Positions 41,468-50,565 of a stretch of DNA of 64,000 nucleotides are shown here, piece by piece (position 1 is the first letter of the stretch; each line of letters begins with the position of its first letter). This stretch comes from a bacterium. Lineage in GTDB: Bacteria > Ratteibacteria > UBA8468 > B48-G9 > DTJG01. Both the position numbers and the translations under genes were made by a program. The notes under the pieces were generated by a model that worked only from the letters and a program-made list of their open reading frames with translations, was not told where the DNA came from and ran no database searches. The stretch covers positions 2,833 through 66,832 of the forward strand of contig JAKPDB010000011.1 in NCBI GenBank assembly GCA_029552985.1, in the 5' to 3' direction.

Positions 41468-44131
41468 ATGACTGGAGATGTAAGATATAACCCTGAAAAA
41501 ATTGAAAAATACTGGTATGGCAGATGGGAAGAAGCAGGCTGTTTTCATGTGACACAGCATACTGGGATACCCTATGTCATTGTGATTCCACCGCCTAATG
41601 TTACGGGATACCTGCATATCGGGCACGCGCTTAACAACACAATCCAGGATATCTTAATACGTTGGAAGAGAATGTCGGGTTTTAATGCTTTATGGGTACC
41701 AGGCACTGACCATGCTGGCATTGCAACGCAGAATGTTGTCGAAAAGGAGTTATTGAAACAAGGATTGACCCGAGAAACCCTCGGCAGGGAAAAATTTCTT
41801 GAGCAAGTGTGGAAGTGGCGCGATGCATATGGAAATAGAATTATTGAACAATTGAAACGTCTCGGTGCTTCCTGTGATTGGCGAAGGACCTGTTTTACAA
41901 TGGACAAAAATTTTTCCAAAGCTGTCCAGACGGTATTTGTCAAGTTATATGAGAAGGGGCTTATTTACAGAGGTACAAGAATTATAAACTGGTGTCCCAG
42001 GTGCACAACAGCGTTATCAGACGAAGAGGTTGAATACAGACAACAACAGGGATTTCTTTATTACTTGAAATATCCGGTTGAAAGCAATACTTATATTGTA
42101 GTTGCCACAACGAGACCCGAAACAATGCTGGGTGATACTGCAGTTGCTGTGAATCCAGCAGACGAAAGATACAAAAATTTCATTGGGAAAAAGGTACGGC
42201 TTCCTTTTGTGAACCGTTTGATTCCTGTGATTTCAGATAGTCAGGTTGATATGGAATTTGGGACAGGAGCAGTAAAGGTGACACCTTCCCATGATCCAGT
42301 GGATTATTCCATCGCAAAAAGACACAATTTACAGTTTGTGACTGTGATGGATGAAACAGCGAAAATGAATGAAAGCGCAGGAATATTTGCAGGACTTGAT
42401 AGATTCGAGTGTCGCCGGAAAATTGTTGAACAACTACAACAGCAGGGACTTATTGAAAAAATTGAACCGTATACCTATCGAATTGGCCATTGTTATCGTT
42501 GCGATACAATTATAGAACCTTATATTTCCAGACAATGGTTTGTTAAGATGAAAGAACTTGCACAGCCCGCTATTAAAGTGGTATTAGACGGTGGACTGAA
42601 ATTTTATCCAGAAAGATGGACAAAAGTATATCTTCAATGGCTCTATAATATCCAGGATTGGTGCATCAGTCGCCAGATATGGTGGGGACATAGAATACCT
42701 GTATGGTATTGTTCAAATAGTGAGTGTCCTTTTATTGTTAGTGTTGAAGCACCTGAGGAATGTCCCTGTTGTCATAATAAGAATCTTGTACAGGATGATG
42801 ATGTTCTGGATACCTGGTTTTCTTCCTGGTTATGGCCATTTGCTGTTTTTGGATGGCCAGAAAAAACAAAGGATCTTGAGTATTTTTACCCCACCAGTAC
42901 CCTTGTTACTGCTCAGGAAATTCTGTTTTTCTGGGTTGCAAGGATGGTGATGGCTGGTTTTGAATTTATGGGAGAAAAGCCCTTCGAATCAGTATATATT
43001 CATGGCACGGTACGGGATGAAACAGGAAGAAAGATGAGTAAATCTCTTGGCAATGCAGTAGATCCCCTCGAAATTATTGATGAGGTTGGAGCAGACGCAT
43101 TGCGATTCAGTTTGATTTCATTAACTTCTTTTGGTCAGGATGTGTTTTTGCCTGCGAAATTTCAATACAAAGGAAGAAATTTTATTAACAAAATATGGAA
43201 TTCATTTAGGTATCTCGAGATGCTTGTGGGAAAGAACAATTGCAAAATGATTTCTATTGAAATAAGACAACAGGATTTTTTGAAAAATCTCAAGCTTGCT
43301 GAAAAATGGATCCTTACTTTACTTAACAACACGATACGTCATGTTAGTAGGTGTTTGGAAGAATTCAAATTTAACGAAGCAGCCGATTCTTTGTATGAGT
43401 TCTTCTGGCATCAGTACTGTGATTGGTATGTGGAGCTTTCTAAAATGTATCCTGAAAAGGATCAATACCTTGTTTCCAGAATTATTCCTGTCATGGTTTT
43501 CGTGATGACAAGAATATTGAAACTGCTCCATCCGTTTGTTCCGTTTATCACTGAAGAACTCTGGCATAGATTGAAAAACATGACATACATGGACAATGAA
43601 TTTATAACAAAGAGTGCCTGGCCGATTCCTGATGCCAGTTTTGAATTTCCTGAAGCCGTCAACCAGATGAATGAAATCAAGAAACTTGTCACAGAAATCA
43701 GAGATATAAAGACAACATTCAAAATACCGATTACCAGGAATATTGAAGCCATTTATCATGGAATTTCATTACTCGAGATGGATGATGCGCGACACAAAAT
43801 TGAATTTCTTTCGAGAACAGTATTTTTGCGTGATAACGAATCAAGTAAATATTCAGGAGATGCACTTGTTCGCGTCTGGGATGAAGGTTGGTTTGCATTA
43901 AAAGTAAAGGGCTTACTGGATATTGACGCAGAAAAGACCAAGATGTTGAAAGAAAAGGATAAAATTTCAAAAATTCTGGCTTCTACAGAAAAGAAATTAT
44001 TAAATCCTGATTTTCTCCGCCAAGCACCAGCAGATGTTATTGAAAAGACAAAAAATCTTCGTGATCATCTTGTCGCTGAGTTGGTAAGAATAGAGAAAAA
44101 TCTTCAACTGTTAACCAGGGAGAAAAGATGA
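41468..44131 (+). CDS. valS: Valyl-tRNA synthetase
   Basis: PPPNVTGYLHIGHALN (HIGH), KMSKSLGN, C-terminal coiled coil. ATG 41468 lies 1 nt after the DUF503 stop. Confidence 0.95.
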   Translation: MTGDVRYNPEKIEKYWYGRWEEAGCFHVTQHTGIPYVIVIPPPNVTGYLHIGHALNNTIQDILIRWKRMSGFNALWVPGTDHAGIATQNVVEKELLKQGLTRETLGREKFLEQVWKWRDAYGNRIIEQLKRLGASCDWRRTCFTMDKNFSKAVQTVFVKLYEKGLIYRGTRIINWCPRCTTALSDEEVEYRQQQGFLYYLKYPVESNTYIVVATTRPETMLGDTAVAVNPADERYKNFIGKKVRLPFVNRLIPVISDSQVDMEFGTGAVKVTPSHDPVDYSIAKRHNLQFVTVMDETAKMNESAGIFAGLDRFECRRKIVEQLQQQGLIEKIEPYTYRIGHCYRCDTIIEPYISRQWFVKMKELAQPAIKVVLDGGLKFYPERWTKVYLQWLYNIQDWCISRQIWWGHRIPVWYCSNSECPFIVSVEAPEECPCCHNKNLVQDDDVLDTWFSSWLWPFAVFGWPEKTKDLEYFYPTSTLVTAQEILFFWVARMVMAGFEFMGEKPFESVYIHGTVRDETGRKMSKSLGNAVDPLEIIDEVGADALRFSLISLTSFGQDVFLPAKFQYKGRNFINKIWNSFRYLEMLVGKNNCKMISIEIRQQDFLKNLKLAEKWILTLLNNTIRHVSRCLEEFKFNEAADSLYEFFWHQYCDWYVELSKMYPEKDQYLVSRIIPVMVFVMTRILKLLHPFVPFITEELWHRLKNMTYMDNEFITKSAWPIPDASFEFPEAVNQMNEIKKLVTEIRDIKTTFKIPITRNIEAIYHGISLLEMDDARHKIEFLSRTVFLRDNESSKYSGDALVRVWDEGWFALKVKGLLDIDAEKTKMLKEKDKISKILASTEKKLLNPDFLRQAPADVIEKTKNLRDHLVAELVRIEKNLQLLTREKR

Positions 44132-44454
44132 GAGCAATTATTGGATTGAGTGGTAAACAATTTTGTGTGAAAGAGGGCGATATGTTTGAAGTATTTAAAC
44201 TTCCCTATCAAAAGGGGAGTCAATTTACGATACAGGATGTTCTTGCAATTGAAAAAGAGGGTTCTTTGATTACAGATAAAAATATTCTTAAAAATTGTAG
44301 TGTTATTGCTGAAATAGTTGATGAGAAAAAGGGTAGAAAACTATATGTATTCAAGAAAAAGAAAAAAACAGGGTATTCAAAAAAAACAGGGCATAGAGAT
44401 ATTCTTTCTATCGTGAAAATAGTCAAAATACAAACTTCCAATGCAGCATCATAA
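44128..44454 (+). CDS. rplU: 50S ribosomal protein L21
   Basis: MRAIIGLSGKQFCVKEGDMFEV N-terminus and KKKKKTGYSKKTGHRD basic patch. Confidence 0.88.
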   Translation: MRAIIGLSGKQFCVKEGDMFEVFKLPYQKGSQFTIQDVLAIEKEGSLITDKNILKNCSVIAEIVDEKKGRKLYVFKKKKKTGYSKKTGHRDILSIVKIVKIQTSNAAS

Positions 44455-45571
44455 TATTCTAACAGGTACAGATATCGCTGGCAAAAGAGCACTTGTCATT
44501 TCTTTCAAGGAAAAATCTATTGACCATGAAGATGAAAATTTAAAAGAACTTGAATCTCTTGCCTGCACACTCGGGTTGAATGTTGCAAAATCTTTATTGA
44601 TAAGACATCCAGATCCTGTTCATCCTGCAACTTACATCGGAAAGGGAAAAATTCAGGAAATTTCTAAAATGATTCAGGAAGAAACCTGTGACGTAGTAAT
44701 TTTTGAAAAAGAACTTACACCTGTTCAGCAGAGGAATCTTGAAGAATCTTTTGGTGTGGCTGTTATTGATAGAACAGTGCTGATACTGTTAATTTTTGGA
44801 AAACATGCTCATACTCTTGAAGGAAAATTGCAGGTTGAACTTGCGCAGATGAGTTATCTTTTACCGCGACTCGTTGGTTCTTCAGGAAGGCTTTCGCGGC
44901 TTGGCGGGACAATCGGGACAAGGGGACCAGGTGAACAAAAACTTGAAGTTTACAGAAGGAGGGCAAGAGAAAGAATCAGATTGCTGAATGCAAGGATAAA
45001 GGAAATAGAAAAGCATAGAAATATTATCCGTGAGACAAGACAGAAAAAAAATCTGCCTGTGGCTGCAATTATGGGCTACACTAATGCCGGTAAAAGTACG
45101 CTTCTTAATGCTTTGACTCACAAACAGGATGCCATAGTAGACAATAAATTGTTTGCAACACTTGATCCTCTGACAAGAATTGTTTTTCTTGGAGATGGAA
45201 TTTTTTGTTTGGTTTCTGATACTGTGGGTCTCCTTTCTTCTTTACCACATCATCTTATTGCAGCTTTCAGAGCCACGCTTGAAGAATTAAAGTATGCCCA
45301 TCTTTTGCTCTGTCTTATTGACGCATCAGGTTTCAGCATTGAAAAACAAATCAATACAATTGATAATGTTCTCGAAATTATGTCAATACAACACAAACCG
45401 AGAATCAATGTGTTTAATAAAATTGACCTGATAGACGAAACCGAAATAAGTTTTCTTGAAAGAAATTATCCGGATTCGATTTTTATTTCTGCTAAAACTG
45501 GCTCTGGACTTTATGAATTGAAAAATGCGATTAAGGAAATAGTGAGGGAAAATGCTTATTTCAGAATATGA
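44441..45571 (+). CDS. hflX: GTPase HflX
   Basis: HflX N-terminal domain (FEKELTPVQQRNLEE..VIDRTVLILLIF), GPGEQKLE, G1 GYTNAGKSTLLNALT, G3 DTVG. Confidence 0.9.
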   Translation: MQHHNILTGTDIAGKRALVISFKEKSIDHEDENLKELESLACTLGLNVAKSLLIRHPDPVHPATYIGKGKIQEISKMIQEETCDVVIFEKELTPVQQRNLEESFGVAVIDRTVLILLIFGKHAHTLEGKLQVELAQMSYLLPRLVGSSGRLSRLGGTIGTRGPGEQKLEVYRRRARERIRLLNARIKEIEKHRNIIRETRQKKNLPVAAIMGYTNAGKSTLLNALTHKQDAIVDNKLFATLDPLTRIVFLGDGIFCLVSDTVGLLSSLPHHLIAAFRATLEELKYAHLLLCLIDASGFSIEKQINTIDNVLEIMSIQHKPRINVFNKIDLIDETEISFLERNYPDSIFISAKTGSGLYELKNAIKEIVRENAYFRI

Positions 45572-46559
45572 GAGAAAAATCGTCCGGAAAATCTGTGACG
45601 AAATAATCAAACATGATAGATTTTTTCTTACCACTCATCAGGTTCCTGATGGTGACGGACTTGGGTGTGAACTAGCTTTTTCCATTGTTTTACGTAAACT
45701 TGGGAAACAAGCGATTATTGTAAATGAAATGTTACCTTCAGCAATCTATAGTTTTTTGCCTGGCTACTCGGATATCTTGCCTATTGAAAAATACCCAGAA
45801 ATAAAATTGATTCCAGATGCTGCTATTATTTTTGATTGCAGTAACAAAGAAAGAATAGGCAGACCTTTATCTTTTATACCTGAATCTGTTGCAATAATTA
45901 ATATAGACCATCATCAGGGTAATACTCAATTTGGTCATATTAACTGGGTTTGTGAAAATTGTTCATCTGTTGGCGAAATGTGTTTTTTTATACTTGAGGA
46001 ACTCAACTGCGTTGATAAAGAGGTTGCAGAATGTTTGTATGTCGCAATTTTGACGGATACTGGTTCATTCAGACACCACTTTGATACCAGAACAATCAGG
46101 ATTGCTGAAAGATTGTTAAGTACTGGAATAAATCCTGAAAGTATTGCAGATCACATTTATAATAGTTATCCGGTTTCAACCTTGAAACTACTCGGACATG
46201 CTCTTGTATCGCTTCAGTACGATATGGATTTACATATTGCATGGACTGTTCTTGACGAACAGATGCTGATGGAAACGGGTGCCTTTGAACAGGATGCAGA
46301 GATTATTGTTGACATGTTACGTTCCATTGGCAATGTTGACTTTGTTTTTCTTGTGAAAGAAAGAAAAAATGAAATTAAGTTCAGCTTACGCAGCAAAAAA
46401 GGATTCAATGTTCGTTTGATTGCAGAGAAATTTGGTGGAGGCGGGCATGATGGTGCAGCTGGATTTTCAATGACTGGTATCACACTGACAGATGCTATTG
46501 AAAAGTTTTTACGATACCTGAAAAAACATCAATCTAAAAGGCAGGTTGAAAATGGATAA
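45552..46559 (+). CDS. nrnA: DHH/DHHA1 phosphoesterase, NrnA-like oligoribonuclease/pAp phosphatase
   Basis: HQVPDGDGLGC, NIDHHQGN (DHH), LTDTGSFRH, GGGHDGAAGF (DHHA1). Confidence 0.8.
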   Translation: MLISEYERKIVRKICDEIIKHDRFFLTTHQVPDGDGLGCELAFSIVLRKLGKQAIIVNEMLPSAIYSFLPGYSDILPIEKYPEIKLIPDAAIIFDCSNKERIGRPLSFIPESVAIINIDHHQGNTQFGHINWVCENCSSVGEMCFFILEELNCVDKEVAECLYVAILTDTGSFRHHFDTRTIRIAERLLSTGINPESIADHIYNSYPVSTLKLLGHALVSLQYDMDLHIAWTVLDEQMLMETGAFEQDAEIIVDMLRSIGNVDFVFLVKERKNEIKFSLRSKKGFNVRLIAEKFGGGGHDGAAGFSMTGITLTDAIEKFLRYLKKHQSKRQVENG

Positions 46560-47250
46560 ACAACTTGATGGATTTTTGAATGTTAATAAACCATCCGGAA
46601 TCACATCGTATGATGTGATCAGATTCATCAAGAAAATTCCAGGATTTAATGCCAGAATTGGACACACGGGAACGCTTGATCCTCTTGCCTCTGGTGTTCT
46701 TGTTGTGTGTATTGGCAGGGCTACAAGGAAGGCAGGTAAATTTTTAGCCATGGAAAAAGAATATCTGGCAACACTGCTTCTTGGAATTACAACTGACACA
46801 GATGATATTCAGGGAAAAATCCTTGAATCATCACAGGTTGATCCAGAGGCAATAGATGATCAACAGATTTATGAAACAATTTATTCTTTTTCCGGAGAGA
46901 TTGAACAGGTTCCTCCGAATGTTTCAGCATTGCGAAAACAAGGTGTACGACTTTATAAACTTCACAGGCAGGGTAAATCAGTTACTCCTGAACCGCGAAA
47001 GGTTTTTATTCATGAAATAGAAGTGAAAAAGATAGAAATTCCAAGAATCGTTTTCAGGGTAGTGTGTTCAAGGGGTACTTACGTCAGGGCGTTATGTAGA
47101 GATATTGGCAAAAAACTTGGATATGGAGCTGTTCAAGAATCCCTAATAAGATTACGGATTGGAAAATTCACAATTGAGGATGCTGTTGAATTGAAGGAAT
47201 TGAACGAAAAGAACTTGCACAAATACATTATACCTTCTTCAGTGGTTTGA
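46546..47250 (+). CDS. truB: tRNA pseudouridine(55) synthase
   Basis: GFLNVNKPSGITSYDV, GHTGTLDPLASGVLVV (catalytic Asp), QVPPNVSALR. Confidence 0.93.
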   Translation: MKMDKQLDGFLNVNKPSGITSYDVIRFIKKIPGFNARIGHTGTLDPLASGVLVVCIGRATRKAGKFLAMEKEYLATLLLGITTDTDDIQGKILESSQVDPEAIDDQQIYETIYSFSGEIEQVPPNVSALRKQGVRLYKLHRQGKSVTPEPRKVFIHEIEVKKIEIPRIVFRVVCSRGTYVRALCRDIGKKLGYGAVQESLIRLRIGKFTIEDAVELKELNEKNLHKYIIPSSVV

Positions 47251-47251
47251 G

Positions 47252-48601
47252 ATGAATAAGTTGATTATTAGCGCTTCAGGTATCAGGGGGATGTACGGAA
47301 ATTCTCTGACAGAAGATATCGCTGCTGATGCCGGCAGGGCGTTTGGATTGTGGATGAAGACAAAAAACGTTATTGTTGGTAGAGATACCAGGCTTAGTGG
47401 AGAATCACTTATGCAGGCCTTTGTGGCAGGGGTTATATCCACTGGAAGGCATGTTTTTGACTGTGGTATTGTTCCTACTCCGGCATTGACGTGGTTTGTT
47501 GAGAAACATCGTGGTTTTTGCGGTGCTGTGATTACTGCGAGTCATAATCCCGTTGAATATAATGGTATAAAATTGATCAGTCCATCAGGCACTTTCCTTA
47601 ATTCGGACGAGTTCAGAACTTTTTTTAATATATATCAAAAAGTTCGTGGCAGACCCATAAAAAGCAAAAATGATGGTGTTAGTAAGAAAGAAGTGATGGA
47701 TGGTTTTTTTTCCTACCTTTTCAATTGCATAGATGTTTCGGCAATAAGAAAAAAAAGATTCAAGGTGATTGTTGACCCGGTCCAAGGAGTAGGAGCTCTG
47801 TATTCAAAAAATTTTCTAGAAATGCTTGGATGTGAAACAGGCATTATCAATGATAGTCCATTAGGTAAATTTTCTCATCGTCCTGAGCCAGTTCCATCTC
47901 ATCTGAGAAAACTTTCATATGTTGTGAGAGCTGAAAATGCTGATATCGGATTTGCTCAGGACCCGGATTGTGATCGACTGGTGCTGGTTGAAAAAGGAGG
48001 GAAATTTGTTAGTGAAGAACAGGGTCTTGCAATTTCAATTTACTGGATGCTGCAGAGAAAAAAGGGACCTGTTGTTGTAAATATTGCCACAACAAGGCTT
48101 ATTGACGATATATGCGCAGAATTCCAAACGCAACTATTCAGGACAAAGGTAGGAGAAGTATTTGTTGTTGAAGAAATGAAAAAGGTTAGTGCTACTGCTG
48201 GTGGAGAAGGCAATGGCGGAATAATTTTACCTGAATTTCATTATGGTCGTGATAGTTTCATTGGTATGGGATTAATTCTGGAAATGATGGCAAAAACTTC
48301 GTTATCACCATCAGAAATTCTTAAAAAATTGCCCGCGTACACATTTGTTAAAAGAAAAATTATATTTTCCAGGGACCGTATCGAATGTTTGTACAAATTT
48401 CTTGAAAAAGAATTTTCAAGTGGGCGTATTAATTATCTGGATGGATTAAGAATTGATTTTGACGATGTTTGGTTTGGGGTTAGAAGTTCTGGAACTGAAC
48501 CAGTGATAAGAATTTTCGTTGAGGGCAAAAAACAAAGCAAAGTTTACCAGATTGTTAATCTGATTAATCATTATATTACGGCTTGCGATAAAAACTCTTG
48601 A
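47252..48601 (+). CDS. Alpha-D-phosphohexomutase family enzyme (phosphomannomutase/phosphoglucosamine mutase-like)
   Basis: ISASGIRG, phosphoserine loop ITASHNPVEYNGIKL, Mg loop FAQDPDCDR, sugar loop GEGNGG. Substrate not assignable by eye. Confidence 0.82.
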   Translation: MNKLIISASGIRGMYGNSLTEDIAADAGRAFGLWMKTKNVIVGRDTRLSGESLMQAFVAGVISTGRHVFDCGIVPTPALTWFVEKHRGFCGAVITASHNPVEYNGIKLISPSGTFLNSDEFRTFFNIYQKVRGRPIKSKNDGVSKKEVMDGFFSYLFNCIDVSAIRKKRFKVIVDPVQGVGALYSKNFLEMLGCETGIINDSPLGKFSHRPEPVPSHLRKLSYVVRAENADIGFAQDPDCDRLVLVEKGGKFVSEEQGLAISIYWMLQRKKGPVVVNIATTRLIDDICAEFQTQLFRTKVGEVFVVEEMKKVSATAGGEGNGGIILPEFHYGRDSFIGMGLILEMMAKTSLSPSEILKKLPAYTFVKRKIIFSRDRIECLYKFLEKEFSSGRINYLDGLRIDFDDVWFGVRSSGTEPVIRIFVEGKKQSKVYQIVNLINHYITACDKNS

Positions 48602-49217
48602 TAATCTTCAAAACCTCTTCGGCAGTGTCCACCACACTAAGTATTTTCAAATCGTTTTTGTCAATGTAAGACTTTTTCACAAGAAAAGTTTTCATCCATT
48701 CAACCAGAGGTTCCCAGTGCTTAGTATTAACAAGTATTATAGGAAATTTTTCAACCCTGCCTGTTTGAACCAGCGTAATGGCTTCTGTAAATTCATCAAG
48801 AGTTCCAAATCCACCTGGAAAGACCACAAAACCTTTTGCATACTTTACAAACATTACCTTTCGTACAAAAAAATAACGAAATGTAATAAGATGTGAAATG
48901 TATTTATTTGGTTTTTGTTCATATGGCAATTCTATGTTCAGCCCAAAGGATTGTCCGCCTGCTTCAAAAGCGCCTTTATTTGCGGCTTCCATAATACCTG
49001 GTCCACCGCCTGTAATCACAGCATATTTGTTTTTTGCAAGAAGTTTTCCGAGTTTTTCTGCTTCTTTGTACCAGTGATCATCTGAGGAAACTCTGGCAGA
49101 ACCCCAGACAGTAACTGCTTTTTTCACATTTTCAAAAGTTTCAAAGCCGTCAACAAATTCTGCCATGATTCTGAAAATTCTCCACGATTCCTCGTGATAT
49201 GTCTCTTTATTTTTCAT
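48576..49217 (-). CDS. LOG family (TIGR00730) nucleotide 5'-monophosphate nucleosidase
   Basis: GGGPGIMEA and PGGFGTLDE signature motifs. Confidence 0.85.
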   Translation of the reverse strand: MKNKETYHEESWRIFRIMAEFVDGFETFENVKKAVTVWGSARVSSDDHWYKEAEKLGKLLAKNKYAVITGGGPGIMEAANKGAFEAGGQSFGLNIELPYEQKPNKYISHLITFRYFFVRKVMFVKYAKGFVVFPGGFGTLDEFTEAITLVQTGRVEKFPIILVNTKHWEPLVEWMKTFLVKKSYIDKNDLKILSVVDTAEEVLKIIKSFYRKP

Positions 49218-50565
49218 TATCTTGCCTTATTTCTTCGACAACAAGCATCATTCCATCAAGTTCCTTCACCCGCACTTTTGTTTGTGCAGGAATTTCTTTT
49301 CCACGACTTATTGCTTTCCAGTATTCTCCGTGCACATAAACTGTGCCTTCTGGTTTCAAGTCAGTAATAGTTTTACCTATTTCACCGATGATACCTTCTT
49401 TTCCTGTTGTTACTTTTCTGGTACGAGTACGTTTTACAAGCACTAACAGCCCCGTAACAAGGATCACCAGCATTAAATAGATTGGCACAAAAACAGCTGC
49501 AGAAGGATGAAATTCACTTTGAGGCGAACGGAAGAATAAGTAAGTTCCAAGTCCCATGGCAATGAAACCTCCTATTGCAAATATTCCAAACCCTGGGGCT
49601 GCTATTTCCATCAAAAGTAATATCAGGCCTGTTACTATCAGTAAAATTCCCGCAATACTCTGCGTAAAAGTTTGAAAGGCAAACATGGAAAGGATAAGAC
49701 AAATTGTACCCACCACTCCTGGCACAGCAAAGCCAGGATGGGAAAATTCAATGATAATTCCCAGTATGCCGATTGTCATAAGAAGGTATGCAACAGTTGG
49801 GTCTCCTATGGTATTAAGCAGCTTTTCTCCAAAGCTTTCAGTAATTTGTTCAGCAGACATGCTTTTTGTATCCAGTATTACAATTTTTCCTGAAGCAAGT
49901 TTCACCTGCTTTTGATGAAGTTTATTGATGAGATCTTCAATGTCAGTGGCGATAAAATCAGCAACATTGATTTTTACGGCTTCCTCAGCCGTTATTGCAA
50001 TGCTTTCTCTGACTGCCCTTTCTGCCCATTTTTCATTTCTGCCTGTTTGATGGCAAATACTTTTGATAAAACTTACAGTATCATTGATAACCTTTTGCTC
50101 CATGGTTTTATCCATTTCTTTTCCTAAACTTACTGGATGAGCTGCTCCAATATTTGTTGCAGGAGCCATCGCAACGATGTGACAGGAAAGAGCGATAAAT
50201 GTTCCTGCTGAAGCGCACTGCGCTCCCCGTGGAGCGACATAGCATACAACTGGTATTTCTGAGTTTAAAATTTCTTGGACTATTTTTCTTGTTGAAGCAA
50301 GAAGACCACCAGGGGTGTCCATCATAAGAATCAAACATTGCCCATTTTGTTTTTTAATATTTGAAATGGCTCTTTTTATCTTGTAGTAAACGACTGGATT
50401 GATTGTTCCGTCGATCGGCAAAACATAAACGTTTCTGTTTAAAGACTTTGCACCTTCTGTATTTACTGAAGCAAAGCCAAGAATCAGTAAACAGCAAATT
50501 AAGGTACAAGTATATCGGGTCTTGCAATACATGTTCCGCCGATTTCTATTTCGATTTTTGGCCAT
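49207..50565 (-). CDS. NfeD-family membrane-bound ClpP-class serine protease (long form)
   Basis: Signal/TM segment, ClpP-like domain (MMDTPGGLL..CASAGTFIAL), about 5 TM segments, and a C-terminal OB-like NfeD domain (GTVYVHGEYWKAIS). The start could be the internal ATG at 50532. Confidence 0.8.
   Translation of the reverse strand: MAKNRNRNRRNMYCKTRYTCTLICCLLILGFASVNTEGAKSLNRNVYVLPIDGTINPVVYYKIKRAISNIKKQNGQCLILMMDTPGGLLASTRKIVQEILNSEIPVVCYVAPRGAQCASAGTFIALSCHIVAMAPATNIGAAHPVSLGKEMDKTMEQKVINDTVSFIKSICHQTGRNEKWAERAVRESIAITAEEAVKINVADFIATDIEDLINKLHQKQVKLASGKIVILDTKSMSAEQITESFGEKLLNTIGDPTVAYLLMTIGILGIIIEFSHPGFAVPGVVGTICLILSMFAFQTFTQSIAGILLIVTGLILLLMEIAAPGFGIFAIGGFIAMGLGTYLFFRSPQSEFHPSAAVFVPIYLMLVILVTGLLVLVKRTRTRKVTTGKEGIIGEIGKTITDLKPEGTVYVHGEYWKAISRGKEIPAQTKVRVKELDGMMLVVEEIRQDNEK

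Noticed and set aside
43319-43759. 146-aa and 96-aa minus-strand ORFs inside valS
   Set aside because: They are antisense to the conserved valS anticodon-binding region, with no independent support.
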